Source: a phage
Sequence record: PZ338878.1
DNA: 64,000 nt
Reading direction: 5' to 3' (one strand)
Shown here one piece after another: positions 45,174 to 53,870 of this stretch; the stretch's first letter is position 1; every line of letters begins with the position of its first letter. Under the pieces are notes generated by a model that saw only the letters and a program-made list of their open reading frames with translations, searched no databases and was not told where the DNA came from. Made by a program: the position numbers and the translations under genes.

Positions 45174-45398
45174 GTGAAACAAGTGATCACGAATAAGACA
45201 GGTAAAACAGAATTTTTACGTAACTTGCAGATCGGCAAGCCTGAGATCTGGTATTGCACTAAAACACCACGTGACGAAATGAAAGATTTTACCGCTACTT
45301 TACAACGTGTTAAAATATCTATCACACAGAAAAAAGCCTTGATAGTTGCAGAAAACGAGATCCCGCAAACTATTATCATTGTTGAGCGTACAGCATGA
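45174..45398 (+). CDS. hypothetical protein (74 aa), GTG start
   Basis: ORF track; alternative GTG at 45183 has AAGGTGA upstream. Confidence 0.35.
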   Translation: MKQVITNKTGKTEFLRNLQIGKPEIWYCTKTPRDEMKDFTATLQRVKISITQKKALIVAENEIPQTIIIVERTA

Positions 45399-45781
45399 AA
45401 ACAGAAAACATTAACGAAATGATCAACGGCTATAAAGAAGCCTTTATTTTTGCCGAACCAGCGACGGATCACAATGGGGAATATATTGAGAATCTAGACG
45501 ATTATGATTTTTCTTCTAGCGCCCTGGAACGTATTACCAGCGATGTGACCGCCTTTTGTAGTGCCAATGTTGCCGCTATCTCTGAGGCAATGAGCGACGG
45601 CGCTACAGCAAACCAGATCGGGAATGATTTACATTTCACCCGCAACGGGCACGGCGTAGGCTTTTGGGATCGCCCTGAAATATACACCACTAACACGGCG
45701 AACCGCCTAACAAATGCCGCTAAATTAATGCCATCGGTGCATGCTTACATTGGTGAAGATAATTTGATTTATATTGAATAA
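45395..45781 (+). CDS. hypothetical protein (128 aa)
   Basis: ORF track; ATGA overlap with upstream gene. Confidence 0.45.
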   Translation: MKTENINEMINGYKEAFIFAEPATDHNGEYIENLDDYDFSSSALERITSDVTAFCSANVAAISEAMSDGATANQIGNDLHFTRNGHGVGFWDRPEIYTTNTANRLTNAAKLMPSVHAYIGEDNLIYIE

Positions 45782-45787
45782 AAAGTA

Positions 45788-45846
45788 TTGACACCGATCC
45801 CCAATATGGTATTATTTACCACGTAGGCGGGAAATGGTTTCCCGCC
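45788..45846 (+). promoter_or_regulatory. sigma70-like promoter + conserved 5-prime UTR stem-loop
   Basis: TTGACA, 17 nt, ATTATT, then GGCGGGAAA-tgg-TTTCCCGCC at 45826-45846. Confidence 0.6.
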
Positions 45847-45869
45847 AGGTAATCAAAAAGGTAAATACT

Positions 45870-46259
45870 ATGCGCAACCTGGTTTCTGTTTCTAACGTTG
45901 AAAAATTCCAATCCTTGCAGGGTATCGTTAACAACGTAGCGCCTTTTTTAGTCAATGGCTTGATTGCAAAGATGAAGAATAAGCATCATGCGGCATGGTC
46001 TGCTTACTGCTTTGATAATGATGAAAAAGCGGCTGAAATGATGTTAGATATGCTGTTAGACAGTGTTGAATCATCTTTACCGGAAAACATCGCAGAAGAG
46101 ATCACCTATCGTTATAATATGGCGATCACTTACCAGGAGGTTGCGCAATTTAATATGATGGACGATGACGAACAACAGGATCAAGAAATGTTTTGGGAGT
46201 ATGCTGATCGTCAATCGGCTTTTGATGAAAAATTAGCGATGTATTATAACGAATATTAA
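45870..46259 (+). CDS. hypothetical acidic protein (129 aa)
   Basis: Trimmed in frame to ATG 45870 (MRNLVSV); the track start lies inside the hairpin. Confidence 0.5.
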   Translation: MRNLVSVSNVEKFQSLQGIVNNVAPFLVNGLIAKMKNKHHAAWSAYCFDNDEKAAEMMLDMLLDSVESSLPENIAEEITYRYNMAITYQEVAQFNMMDDDEQQDQEMFWEYADRQSAFDEKLAMYYNEY

Positions 46260-46273
46260 TACACGGTAAAAGA

Positions 46274-46300
46274 AAGGGGCGCACTAAGCGCCCTTTTTTG
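46274..46300 (+). terminator. intrinsic terminator
   Basis: gggcgc-actaa-gcgccc hairpin followed by TTTTTTG. Confidence 0.65.
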
Positions 46301-46644
46301 TATTCTTTTTTCACGATGGAAACAACACGTAAAGAATAGGCGTAAAGGTGGCGTAAAACCAGCTAAAACCGATTGTAACCGTTTAAACAAGGTAGGGATG
46401 ATTAATCACCTTACCAGGATGAAAAAGCCGTTATAAAGCTATTTAGAGCGTTTAAAGCACACAGGAAATAATTTGCTTTTTATCTTGCCTTTTATTCTGC
46501 TTTTGATTATTATTATGGAACGGGCGGCACCTGGGGACAGGGGAAGATAATCACCGGACGACCCCGCTATATATTGATAGCTAATAACTATCAAACAACA
46601 AAACATCAAAGGAATAAACTATCAAATCTTTACAATTCTACCTA

Positions 46645-46673
46645 TTGACCGATAAATCATAACAGTTTAATAT
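46645..46673 (+). promoter_or_regulatory. sigma70-like promoter
   Basis: TTGACC, 17 nt, TAATAT, upstream of the gene at 46722. Confidence 0.45.
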
Positions 46674-46721
46674 TGTTTTTAGAGGGTAGAACATACCCAA
46701 AACGAAAACAGGAAAAAGAAG

Positions 46722-46958
46722 ATGAAAGAAGTCATGATCCTCAAAAAATCACCTATTTTACGTGGTGGCTTTATCGCTTACTCTGATGATCTGTTAATTG
46801 CAACGGTTGCAAAAATACTAAAATCAGAAGAGGATAGTAAAAACGGCGTTTATCGTATCTGTTTCACCCGTGGAAAATTACAAGGCAAGATCGCTTATGC
46901 TTTTGATTTACAAGATGTAAATGATAAAATCTGCGCTGTTATTGATTATGCAAAATAA
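46722..46958 (+). CDS. hypothetical protein (78 aa)
   Basis: ORF track. Confidence 0.45.
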   Translation: MKEVMILKKSPILRGGFIAYSDDLLIATVAKILKSEEDSKNGVYRICFTRGKLQGKIAYAFDLQDVNDKICAVIDYAK

Positions 46959-46970
46959 TTAACTTTCTTA

Positions 46971-46999
46971 TTGACACCGGATCACGCTTACATTATTAT
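46971..46999 (+). promoter_or_regulatory. sigma70-like promoter
   Basis: TTGACA, 17 nt, TATTAT; no GC hairpin downstream. Confidence 0.5.
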
Positions 47000-47045
47000 T
47001 TATCACGTAGGGCAAATCATTTTAAACGGTAAACGAGGAAACACC

Positions 47046-47429
47046 ATGAGCAATATCATCAACCTGGCGGCTACTGTAAACGGCAAAGACTTTAACGGCG
47101 CTGTAGACCGTGATCCTATGTGGTGCTTATCAGTGTTCAAAGGTGACTTGGTTGAAGTTAGAACAACCGAAGGTTATAGCGACGATTATAAATGCGAGAT
47201 CCATTTACATAACTGGTACACGGGTAAAACTTATGCGCTGAATCACGCGTTTATCGGGAAAATTGAATATCGCGAAATGATCGACGAAGAAACGGGGCAA
47301 GATTTTAGCGATTATGTTTATATTCGTTCCGAAACATTAGCCGAACGGTTGATCGAGAAAATGAAAGCAAAAAATAAAATTAATTTAGCTCATTGGCTTG
47401 ATATAACAAACGATCCAGCTTATAAGTAA
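47046..47429 (+). CDS. hypothetical protein (127 aa)
   Basis: Trimmed in frame to ATG 47046 (MSNIINLAA, GAGGAA upstream); the track start overlaps the promoter. Confidence 0.5.
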   Translation: MSNIINLAATVNGKDFNGAVDRDPMWCLSVFKGDLVEVRTTEGYSDDYKCEIHLHNWYTGKTYALNHAFIGKIEYREMIDEETGQDFSDYVYIRSETLAERLIEKMKAKNKINLAHWLDITNDPAYK

Positions 47430-47443
47430 ATAACATTTCACAC

Positions 47444-47472
47444 CAGGGCGCACAAAGCGCCCTTTCTTTTTA
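47444..47472 (+). terminator. intrinsic terminator ending the small-gene array
   Basis: agggcgc-acaaa-gcgccct hairpin followed by TTCTTTTT. Confidence 0.65.
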
Positions 47473-47676
47473 CCTAAATAAAGATGATAGCTTTTACCTA
47501 TCAAAAACGTTCACCGAAAAAAGTGAATAGATCGCGGTATCGAGCTAATCAAGGAGCAGATGAACAACCATACCATGAAGATCATAAGGCGTTTACAACG
47601 TGTTTTAGACCGCTTATTTTTAATTTCTCCATGTAACTATCTGGCAAAAACAGCCTTTTTCTTGTCTTTCCTCTTA

Positions 47677-47751
47677 AATGATAATCATTCTTATTTATAG
47701 CTGATTATTTATGCAATAAACTGCATAATGCAATAATGATAATCATTCTTA
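47677..47751 (+). promoter_or_regulatory. two copies of the palindrome AATGATAATCATT (Fur-box-like core) with identical flanks
   Basis: AATGATAATCATTCTTA at 47677-47693 and 47735-47751. Confidence 0.5.
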
Positions 47752-48110
47752 ACTTATGACCATCTAACCTATAAAATAATAAGCTATCTAACTAAATTAA
47801 AACTAATTATCTCACCTTTATTTATAATTTACTGTTATTATCTCATTGATAACCTTATATTAAACAACAATAACTAATATAAATCATTACTAAGCTAAAT
47901 ATAATCTATCTAACCTTTAAAACTATAACTATAATCTATCGAATTGTTGCACAAAGTAACTATTAAATTGTTAGTAACATTACTAAATAATTAATATCCT
48001 ATCTATTTATGATCTAATCTTTACCTTACTATCTATTACCTAAATAATCATTTCATACCGTAATAATTTCATATAATAATTATAACAAGAAATATAATTA
48101 GCAAGCGTAT

Positions 48111-48290
48111 CATTAGCAGCCTATGCCGGACACATAGGCGGCTAATAATAACGCAACTACACACCTCACATAATAACTATCACCGATAGTTATTATCTGT
48201 GCTTATGTAGCTTGCAACAATTGCAAGCGCAACAATATACATGGTATATTGTATTCCCTTACATTGTTGCGGTGCGTTATTATTAGCTAA
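48111..48290 (+). repeat. nested inverted repeats / palindromes in AT-rich non-coding region
   Basis: Perfect 15-bp arms GCTAATAATAACGCA (48141-48155) and TGCGTTATTATTAGC (48273-48287); palindromes ttagcagcctatg...cataggcggctaa, ataactatc-acc-gatagttat, cttgcaa-caa-ttgcaag. Confidence 0.6.
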
Positions 48291-48662
48291 TGTTTGGAAC
48301 ATTGGCTATAATATAAGCTACCCAATAATAAGTTATGCAATAATAAACATAGTGAATAATTACCCTGATGATCATAATGCGCCACCTTCCAGGGGCGCTA
48401 TGTGAACACAAAGAAATCTTTCTTGTCAAGAAAAATATTACCATTATTGCGCAAAATTATTTATATATGAATAGACGGTTTTTCATACTATTGCCCCCCC
48501 CAAATTATGCCCCTTTTGTTGGGTACAACTATCCCTATTTGTTGCAATGTATACCTTATTTGTTGAGCATAGTTATAGCCTATTTGTTGAGCCTACTTTC
48601 TTAAAAGCGCAATAAATTAGAATTATCTTGATTTTTAGGGCGTTTTATAGTATAGAAAATAT

Positions 48663-48681
48663 GCAAATGATAATCATTATC
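48663..48681 (+). promoter_or_regulatory. Fur-box-like site (17 of 19 matches to GATAATGATAATCATTATC as recalled)
   Basis: gcAAATGATAATCATTATC read directly; further degenerate copies at about 48848-48878. Confidence 0.5.
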
Positions 48682-48933
48682 AGCTATCTTCCACGGGTAG
48701 CACTATTTCACGCAGGATCATTTCATTTGGCAAGGTGTATATAGATGTTTAGAAATGCCAAGCCATTGATTTGCTTAGAATTTATCTGTTTTGTTGGGAA
48801 TAGTGCCTTTATTGTCCAGAAAATAATCAAAAGTCTTATAAGTCATTGAATGATAATGCAAATGATAATAATTCTCATTGATATTTGAGGGGGACGGTCG
48901 GCAGAAATCGGGGGGCGCTGAAAATCGCGTTAA

Positions 48934-49000
48934 NNNNNNNNNNNNNNNNNNNNNNNNNNNNNNNNNNNNNNNNNNNNNNNNNNNNNNNNNNNNNNNNNNN
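48934..49000. other. 67-nt run of N (assembly gap or masked sequence)
   Basis: Literal n characters; flanks are GC-rich (gggggacggtcggcag / agggggtgtgtcg) unlike the surrounding AT-rich DNA. Confidence 0.95.
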
Positions 49001-49318
49001 AGGGGGTGTGTCGAAATAAATCGGGTATACCGGAAAATTTTTGTGGCATAGATATTTATTTGTCTATATTATGTACAAAGGGGTGTGTTAAAAATAATAG
49101 GTATATATAGAATAATTGATAGGGAAATCCTATACTAAATCCTTCATTAATGATGTTTCTATGTGGCTGTCCTTGTAACAGATGAAAAGACGCTGTATGA
49201 TGTGTGAAAGACAGAATCAAAGATGCAAATAATACTTGCATTGAATAGAAATGTCTGTACACTGTGTTCCATATAATATGCAATACCGCGCATAACAAAC
49301 TACTAATGAGAGGTGTAA

Positions 49319-49777
49319 ATGAAAACTGTATCTTTGTATCTTGCTAACACGGAGCGTGTACATAATCTGGTAAAAGAATGCGGTGTGAGTGTTCAATTTA
49401 ACACAGGAAAGCCTTCCGTGGTGACAGGCAGCGAGATGTGTGTTATTGATTTCATCAATGAATATTTTCGTGGAAAACCTATCGCTCGGCACTTCATTCA
49501 AGAAATGCGAGATGTAGAGCAGGATTATGAATTCTACCCAGAAATTTGTGAACGTTATGAAACAATTCTTAGTTCTGTAGAAGATCCAGATACTAGTGAA
49601 ACAGGTGCTTCCCACTTACTGTGGATGTTGAGTGAAATTCAGGATGGGTGTAATGGTATGTCTGAAACCAAACGCCATCGTTGGTTAGGCTATATTCAGG
49701 GTGTTATGGTTATGAAAAACCTTATTACAGTGAACGATGAACGTAATGCTACACGCCCCGTCTTTAATGGAGCATAA
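49319..49777 (+). CDS. hypothetical protein (152 aa)
   Basis: ORF track; SD GAGAGGTG. Confidence 0.45.
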   Translation: MKTVSLYLANTERVHNLVKECGVSVQFNTGKPSVVTGSEMCVIDFINEYFRGKPIARHFIQEMRDVEQDYEFYPEICERYETILSSVEDPDTSETGASHLLWMLSEIQDGCNGMSETKRHRWLGYIQGVMVMKNLITVNDERNATRPVFNGA

Positions 49778-49778
49778 C

Positions 49779-49994
49779 ATGAAAAGCATTAGGGTGTGTA
49801 TTGAAAATAATTGTGGCTATCTGGGGTTGACACACGTCACTTTCCCTCTTATATTAGATGCCGATATAGCTTACAGCGGAGTTGCTTATGTGTCATTCAA
49901 GACAATGAGCCAAGTACCTGGCTGGAATTGGGAAGTGGTTGATGTTGTTGAAGGAGAAGATTATGTTTTCCTTCCACACGAATATACTGTTTAA
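49779..49994 (+). CDS. hypothetical protein (71 aa)
   Basis: Trimmed in frame to ATG 49779 (MKSIRV, GGAG upstream). Confidence 0.4.
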   Translation: MKSIRVCIENNCGYLGLTHVTFPLILDADIAYSGVAYVSFKTMSQVPGWNWEVVDVVEGEDYVFLPHEYTV

Positions 49995-50008
49995 AAGAGG
50001 AAAAGAAT

Positions 50009-50185
50009 ATGGATAAACAAACTACTGTGTACTTAGTAACAAAGAATACCCCAGGCTGGAGCCAATGCAGCACTGTTCCTTACAAGATCTGTGCAACACT
50101 CGAACTAGCACAACGTGCAGAAGCAGAAGTGAATGCCATGCAATACAGCTATGGTGAGATCATTCCTTTTACTCTTGAACAATAA
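50009..50185 (+). CDS. hypothetical protein (58 aa)
   Basis: Manual translation MDKQTTVYLVTKNTPGWSQCSTVPYKICATLELAQRAE... Confidence 0.35.
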   Translation: MDKQTTVYLVTKNTPGWSQCSTVPYKICATLELAQRAEAEVNAMQYSYGEIIPFTLEQ

Positions 50186-50196
50186 GGAGTTGTGTA

Positions 50197-50649
50197 ATGT
50201 TTGAAATTGGTAAAGTGTATCGTTTTAAAAACGCATCTTATATCCGTAAGTTTGGTAATGTGTCTGAGTGCAATAGCAAGATTGCTTTTTTCTTAGGTGA
50301 TTCCTGTTTTCGTGTATTAGATGTGGATGACTGGTATGGTGTCACTTCTTTGCAATCCTTAGCAGGAGAACAAGAAATTATCACTCAAAACGAAGGCGAT
50401 TTTCGTCAGTGTTACACATTGCTTGCAAAAAGTGAGTTTGAATACTTTGTAGAAGTAGTAGAGGAAGCACCAAAAAGTAAACATGAAGAGAAATACCTGC
50501 TCGTAGTGGACGGAGTTCCAATCATGGAAACCATCTACCGTGAGGAAGTTGAAAAAGAGGCAAAACGTTACAAGCTGGATCGTACACAGAGTGTAGTTGA
50601 AGTATATTCTCTTATTGGTGTTGCAGATATTCATGTAAACATTGTATAA
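50197..50649 (+). CDS. hypothetical protein (150 aa)
   Basis: ORF track; SD AAGGAG. Confidence 0.45.
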   Translation: MFEIGKVYRFKNASYIRKFGNVSECNSKIAFFLGDSCFRVLDVDDWYGVTSLQSLAGEQEIITQNEGDFRQCYTLLAKSEFEYFVEVVEEAPKSKHEEKYLLVVDGVPIMETIYREEVEKEAKRYKLDRTQSVVEVYSLIGVADIHVNIV

Positions 50650-50650
50650 T

Positions 50651-50863
50651 ATGTGTAATGATAGATACATTCTTCGTGTATCTGATAAGTCTCCAATGTT
50701 TGACTGGCGGGGCTGGTGGCTACTGGCTCCGATGCAAGGTCTGACAGACGTGGAAAAGGAGGCTTATGTGTATACAAAAGAAGAGATAGAAGATAGCCTT
50801 TATTTGACAGATAACATTAAGAATGGTATCTTTGAGTGTAAATTGAAAGGAGAGGAAGAATGA
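50651..50863 (+). CDS. hypothetical protein (about 70 aa)
   Basis: Track ORF begins with TTG at 50642; first ATG at 50651; no clear SD. Confidence 0.3.
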   Translation: MCNDRYILRVSDKSPMFDWRGWWLLAPMQGLTDVEKEAYVYTKEEIEDSLYLTDNIKNGIFECKLKGEEE

Positions 50864-51159
50864 CTGTTACAGAAAAACTGCGCTGTATTGCAAAGCAAAG
50901 TGGAGAAGGCTTGTGGTTTCCTATTGATGAAGTTATTCAGGATTGTTATGATCAGGCAAAAACTGGCAAATACTCCAAGGCATTTAAACCATCTGTTTTC
51001 GGTTTGGATGACTATCCGACAAATGAACAAGCAAGGAAACGCCAAGTGGATTTGATTGATCTTGCTATGGAAGCACTGCGAGAGCGTGGACTTAGTAAGG
51101 TGTATGCTTTAAACACCAAAGAGGGTTTTGTAGATTCAGTGATCGTAGACTGGCATTAA
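50860..51159 (+). CDS. hypothetical protein (99 aa)
   Basis: ORF track; SD AAAGGAGAGG. Confidence 0.45.
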   Translation: MTVTEKLRCIAKQSGEGLWFPIDEVIQDCYDQAKTGKYSKAFKPSVFGLDDYPTNEQARKRQVDLIDLAMEALRERGLSKVYALNTKEGFVDSVIVDWH

Positions 51160-51168
51160 GGATAGATC

Positions 51169-51537
51169 ATGCAAGAGAATAATAAAGTGTGTAACATGAA
51201 AAGCAGCCCCTATTTGCTACAATTTTATGAGTGGTGGTTAGAACAAGAAGATACAAACTTTAGCAAAAAGCATTATGGTCTTTGCACGTGTCTCGTAGAC
51301 TTCTTATACAATATTGCTTGGATAAAAGACGTTGAGAATGTAGCAAACCTTCAAGCCTCTGTACGAGAGGAAATGAAGGAACAGTTTAAGAAAGCGGGTT
51401 TGAACCATTTACACCCATTTAATACAGATTTCTCACACTACTTTACGGAAACAGAGTTAGGCATTGCACACCTTAACAAAGAACGTGTACAATGGGTGAT
51501 TGATCGTATTCGTGATATGGAGGAATACAATGGTTAA
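51169..51537 (+). CDS. hypothetical protein (122 aa), paralog of 52447..53031
   Basis: Shares LLQFYEWW, LHPFN, HLNKERVQWV with the 52447 product (LLQFYVYY, LHPFN, HLNEKRIEWV). Confidence 0.45.
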   Translation: MQENNKVCNMKSSPYLLQFYEWWLEQEDTNFSKKHYGLCTCLVDFLYNIAWIKDVENVANLQASVREEMKEQFKKAGLNHLHPFNTDFSHYFTETELGIAHLNKERVQWVIDRIRDMEEYNG

Positions 51538-51739
51538 GTTTAAAACTTTCTGTGCAATCTCTGTTTGTCTTATTCTTGCATACGTGTTATTCTCTGGTAT
51601 CATTCGTTTAGGTGAGTATATGGCAAGAGAAGCTCGTGAAAGTGAAGCTAAAAAAGAACAGTGTATTGTGTTCAAGCATCAAAGAGATACTGAAAAATTT
51701 CTTGAACAGGATTGTGGGCGCTATGTGAATTATAATTAG
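51530..51739 (+). CDS. small membrane-anchored protein (69 aa), paralog of 55887..56111
   Basis: Trimmed to ATG 51530 (MVKFKTF, GGAGGAA upstream); shared C.I.KH...E.FL...C..YV.Y pattern. Confidence 0.4.
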   Translation: MVKFKTFCAISVCLILAYVLFSGIIRLGEYMAREARESEAKKEQCIVFKHQRDTEKFLEQDCGRYVNYN

Positions 51740-51748
51740 GAGGGAAGT

Positions 51749-51997
51749 ATGTTAGATATTTTTACCTTTGATCGTGTTGGTACACCGATTACCGAAGAAG
51801 AACGTACCAAAATTGAACAAGAATTGGATGCTTTACGTGCGTCTCTTACAGACACAGCCTCACTACAACGTGAAGCTGCACATCTCACAGAGATCACTGG
51901 TATTCAGTGGAGCACGGAGTGGGTTGTAATTACAATTGAAGCGGATATTTGGGGACATGAAGAGACGCTACGTACCGGAGTAGTAACGGTTTGGTGA
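51749..51997 (+). CDS. hypothetical protein (82 aa)
   Basis: ORF track; SD AGGAGGGA. Confidence 0.4.
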   Translation: MLDIFTFDRVGTPITEEERTKIEQELDALRASLTDTASLQREAAHLTEITGIQWSTEWVVITIEADIWGHEETLRTGVVTVW

Positions 51998-52043
51998 TAG
52001 ATGTTATTCTTTTGTGTTTCTTGATATATAAATAGGAGGGTTT

Positions 52044-52268
52044 ATGGTAAAACGTCTGGAATGGGATGCGTGTACTGCTCACGCTTGTCACTGTGATATT
52101 GTGGAAGATCCTAATGGAGAAATGGTGTATTATGAAGATTACGAAGCATTGCACAATGCTGTGATTGCTTTGCTGGATGATATTAGCTCACGCTACCCAG
52201 GACAACAATTCACGTGTCCACATATTCAACTGTTAGCCAAACTTACGGAGTATCCAAGTGTTCCATAA
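52044..52268 (+). CDS. hypothetical protein (74 aa), paralog of 56772..57035
   Basis: ORF track; shared CDIV.DP.G...Y.DY N-terminal pattern. Confidence 0.4.
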   Translation: MVKRLEWDACTAHACHCDIVEDPNGEMVYYEDYEALHNAVIALLDDISSRYPGQQFTCPHIQLLAKLTEYPSVP

Positions 52269-52269
52269 T

Positions 52270-52437
52270 ATGGGCGTCCCTGAACAACTACTCTTTATTG
52301 TAGGATTAGTAGGCTTATTGGCGGCTGGAGCTAAAGCCGCTTCTCACACGCATCACATAATGTTAAGATTTCTATTCCTGCTCCCTTCTATCCTCGTACT
52401 ACTAGTCATACTGATCGATAACATTTTTCACAATTAA
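52270..52437 (+). CDS. small membrane protein (55 aa)
   Basis: Manual translation MGVPEQLLFIVGLVGLLAAGAKAASHTHH...; no SD, so only translational coupling would support it. Confidence 0.25.
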   Translation: MGVPEQLLFIVGLVGLLAAGAKAASHTHHIMLRFLFLLPSILVLLVILIDNIFHN

Positions 52438-52446
52438 GGAGAGGTC

Positions 52447-53031
52447 ATGAGTAAAATTATACCAAGCAGTTATGAATTATTGCAGTTTTATGTATATTAT
52501 ATAGACTGGGTTACTAGATCGAATGTTAAAGACAATGCGATGTTTAGTAAAAGCATCTGTTTAACAGAAAGTATCTTCCGTTATTGGCACACAGGCAGAA
52601 AGTGTACACACAGTGAAGCTATGCGCATTGTAGGTGAATACCTGGAGCAATTGCAAAAAGCAGAACTTCCTGTCCTTCACCCATTCAACGAATCTAAAGA
52701 AGAATTAGAACAAGAGTGCAGGGAAGGTAAGTGCCATTTGAATGAAAAACGTATTGAATGGGTAAGGCAACGTTTAGCCGATGCAGGAAAGCCTCCTAGT
52801 AACTCTGACTACACGTGGTACGATGTAGAGGGTTTAGTTCAGGGTTTTGAGGCTTGTGCTATAGATAATACCAATTTTGCCAAAGTTTTATGTGAGGCTT
52901 ATGATCTGGCAGATAAAATCCGAAAGCAAGGATGGAAACAAGAGCACAAAGAATCATATGAACGTCTTGACAAGATTTTCAAACAGATCTATTCTAACCA
53001 CAAAGAGATGTTCCAAATGGAGGATGTGTAA
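52447..53031 (+). CDS. hypothetical protein (194 aa), paralog of 51169..51537
   Basis: ORF track; SD AAGGAGAGG. Confidence 0.45.
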   Translation: MSKIIPSSYELLQFYVYYIDWVTRSNVKDNAMFSKSICLTESIFRYWHTGRKCTHSEAMRIVGEYLEQLQKAELPVLHPFNESKEELEQECREGKCHLNEKRIEWVRQRLADAGKPPSNSDYTWYDVEGLVQGFEACAIDNTNFAKVLCEAYDLADKIRKQGWKQEHKESYERLDKIFKQIYSNHKEMFQMEDV

Positions 53032-53086
53032 TGAAAGAGATTATGTTTTATTGAATTGCTAAAACACGTTAAATAAGGAGAGTGAT

Positions 53087-53491
53087 ATGTGGTCTGTTAA
53101 AATCAAATATAATGCTCAGTATTATGGTGGAAAACCTTACGAAGTTGTTATTTGTGATTGTATCTCTGAAGAAGTTGCACAGCTTTGTGGCGCTGGTGTT
53201 AGTGAAGCTATGAACAAAATGCATAATTCTACTGTGCGTTTCCTGGATCGGGATATTCCAGAAGATGTAAATGACTATGGTTACGAAGTTATTTACAGTG
53301 AAGGTAAGAAGCTCTCTATTGAAGATGCACTTAAAGCACTACCTGCTATGTGCAACCCGACACCAGAAGCAGTTAAAGAGATTTTACCAGAATCCAACCC
53401 CGATGAATATGCTTCTATGGTTGCTTCAGATATGTGGAATCTCTGTCGAGAAACTATGATTAAAAATCTTGTGGAAATGGCACATGAGTAA
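53087..53491 (+). CDS. hypothetical protein (134 aa)
   Basis: ORF track; SD AAGGAGAG. Confidence 0.45.
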   Translation: MWSVKIKYNAQYYGGKPYEVVICDCISEEVAQLCGAGVSEAMNKMHNSTVRFLDRDIPEDVNDYGYEVIYSEGKKLSIEDALKALPAMCNPTPEAVKEILPESNPDEYASMVASDMWNLCRETMIKNLVEMAHE

Positions 53492-53702
53492 AACGCACTT
53501 TATACATCCGTTTGATCCAAAGAACAAGGCGGTTATACACCGCCGTTGGACTGAAACGCGCATTACAAAATGTCCTGTGCCAGCAGCACAGGAATATAAC
53601 AAAACATATAAAGCAGAATTTGTGGAGTACACCTTTGTGAATAACAAAGGGAAGGAGGTTTATGTTCCAGAATACTGCCTTTGGATAAAATGGGAGGAAT
53701 AA
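53484..53702 (+). CDS. hypothetical protein (72 aa)
   Basis: Trimmed in frame to ATG 53484 (MSKTHF); the track start is TTG. Confidence 0.35.
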   Translation: MSKTHFIHPFDPKNKAVIHRRWTETRITKCPVPAAQEYNKTYKAEFVEYTFVNNKGKEVYVPEYCLWIKWEE

Positions 53703-53869
53703 TGCAAACATTTTTTATCGACAAGTTCAACAAAAATATGAACACGTGGATGGCAACATTCACTATGCAATTTGCGTCATTTAAAGAGGCTCAAGAATGG
53801 TGCGATCAACACAAGGATTTTGATTTTTACTATCAAATTAATACAAATCTTTCTCCAAAGGATAAATAA
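53702..53869 (+). CDS. hypothetical protein (55 aa)
   Basis: Trimmed in frame to ATG 53702 (MQTFFIDKF, GGGAGGAA upstream). Confidence 0.35.
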   Translation: MQTFFIDKFNKNMNTWMATFTMQFASFKEAQEWCDQHKDFDFYYQINTNLSPKDK

Positions 53870-53870
53870 T

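Noticed and set aside
37439-45846. The repeated GC-rich hairpins could superficially be taken for a CRISPR array
   Set aside because: Repeats are about 21-23 bp palindromic stem-loops separated by 200-400 bp of protein-coding sequence of varying length, each tied to a promoter and SD; there is no regular repeat-spacer periodicity and no cas genes.
47470-49300. Possibility that the AT-rich region encodes proteins
   Set aside because: Only short ORFs with low-complexity translations (for example 48368-48604, 49056-49615) and no SD sequences; the region is dominated by repeats and palindromes, so it is treated as non-coding.
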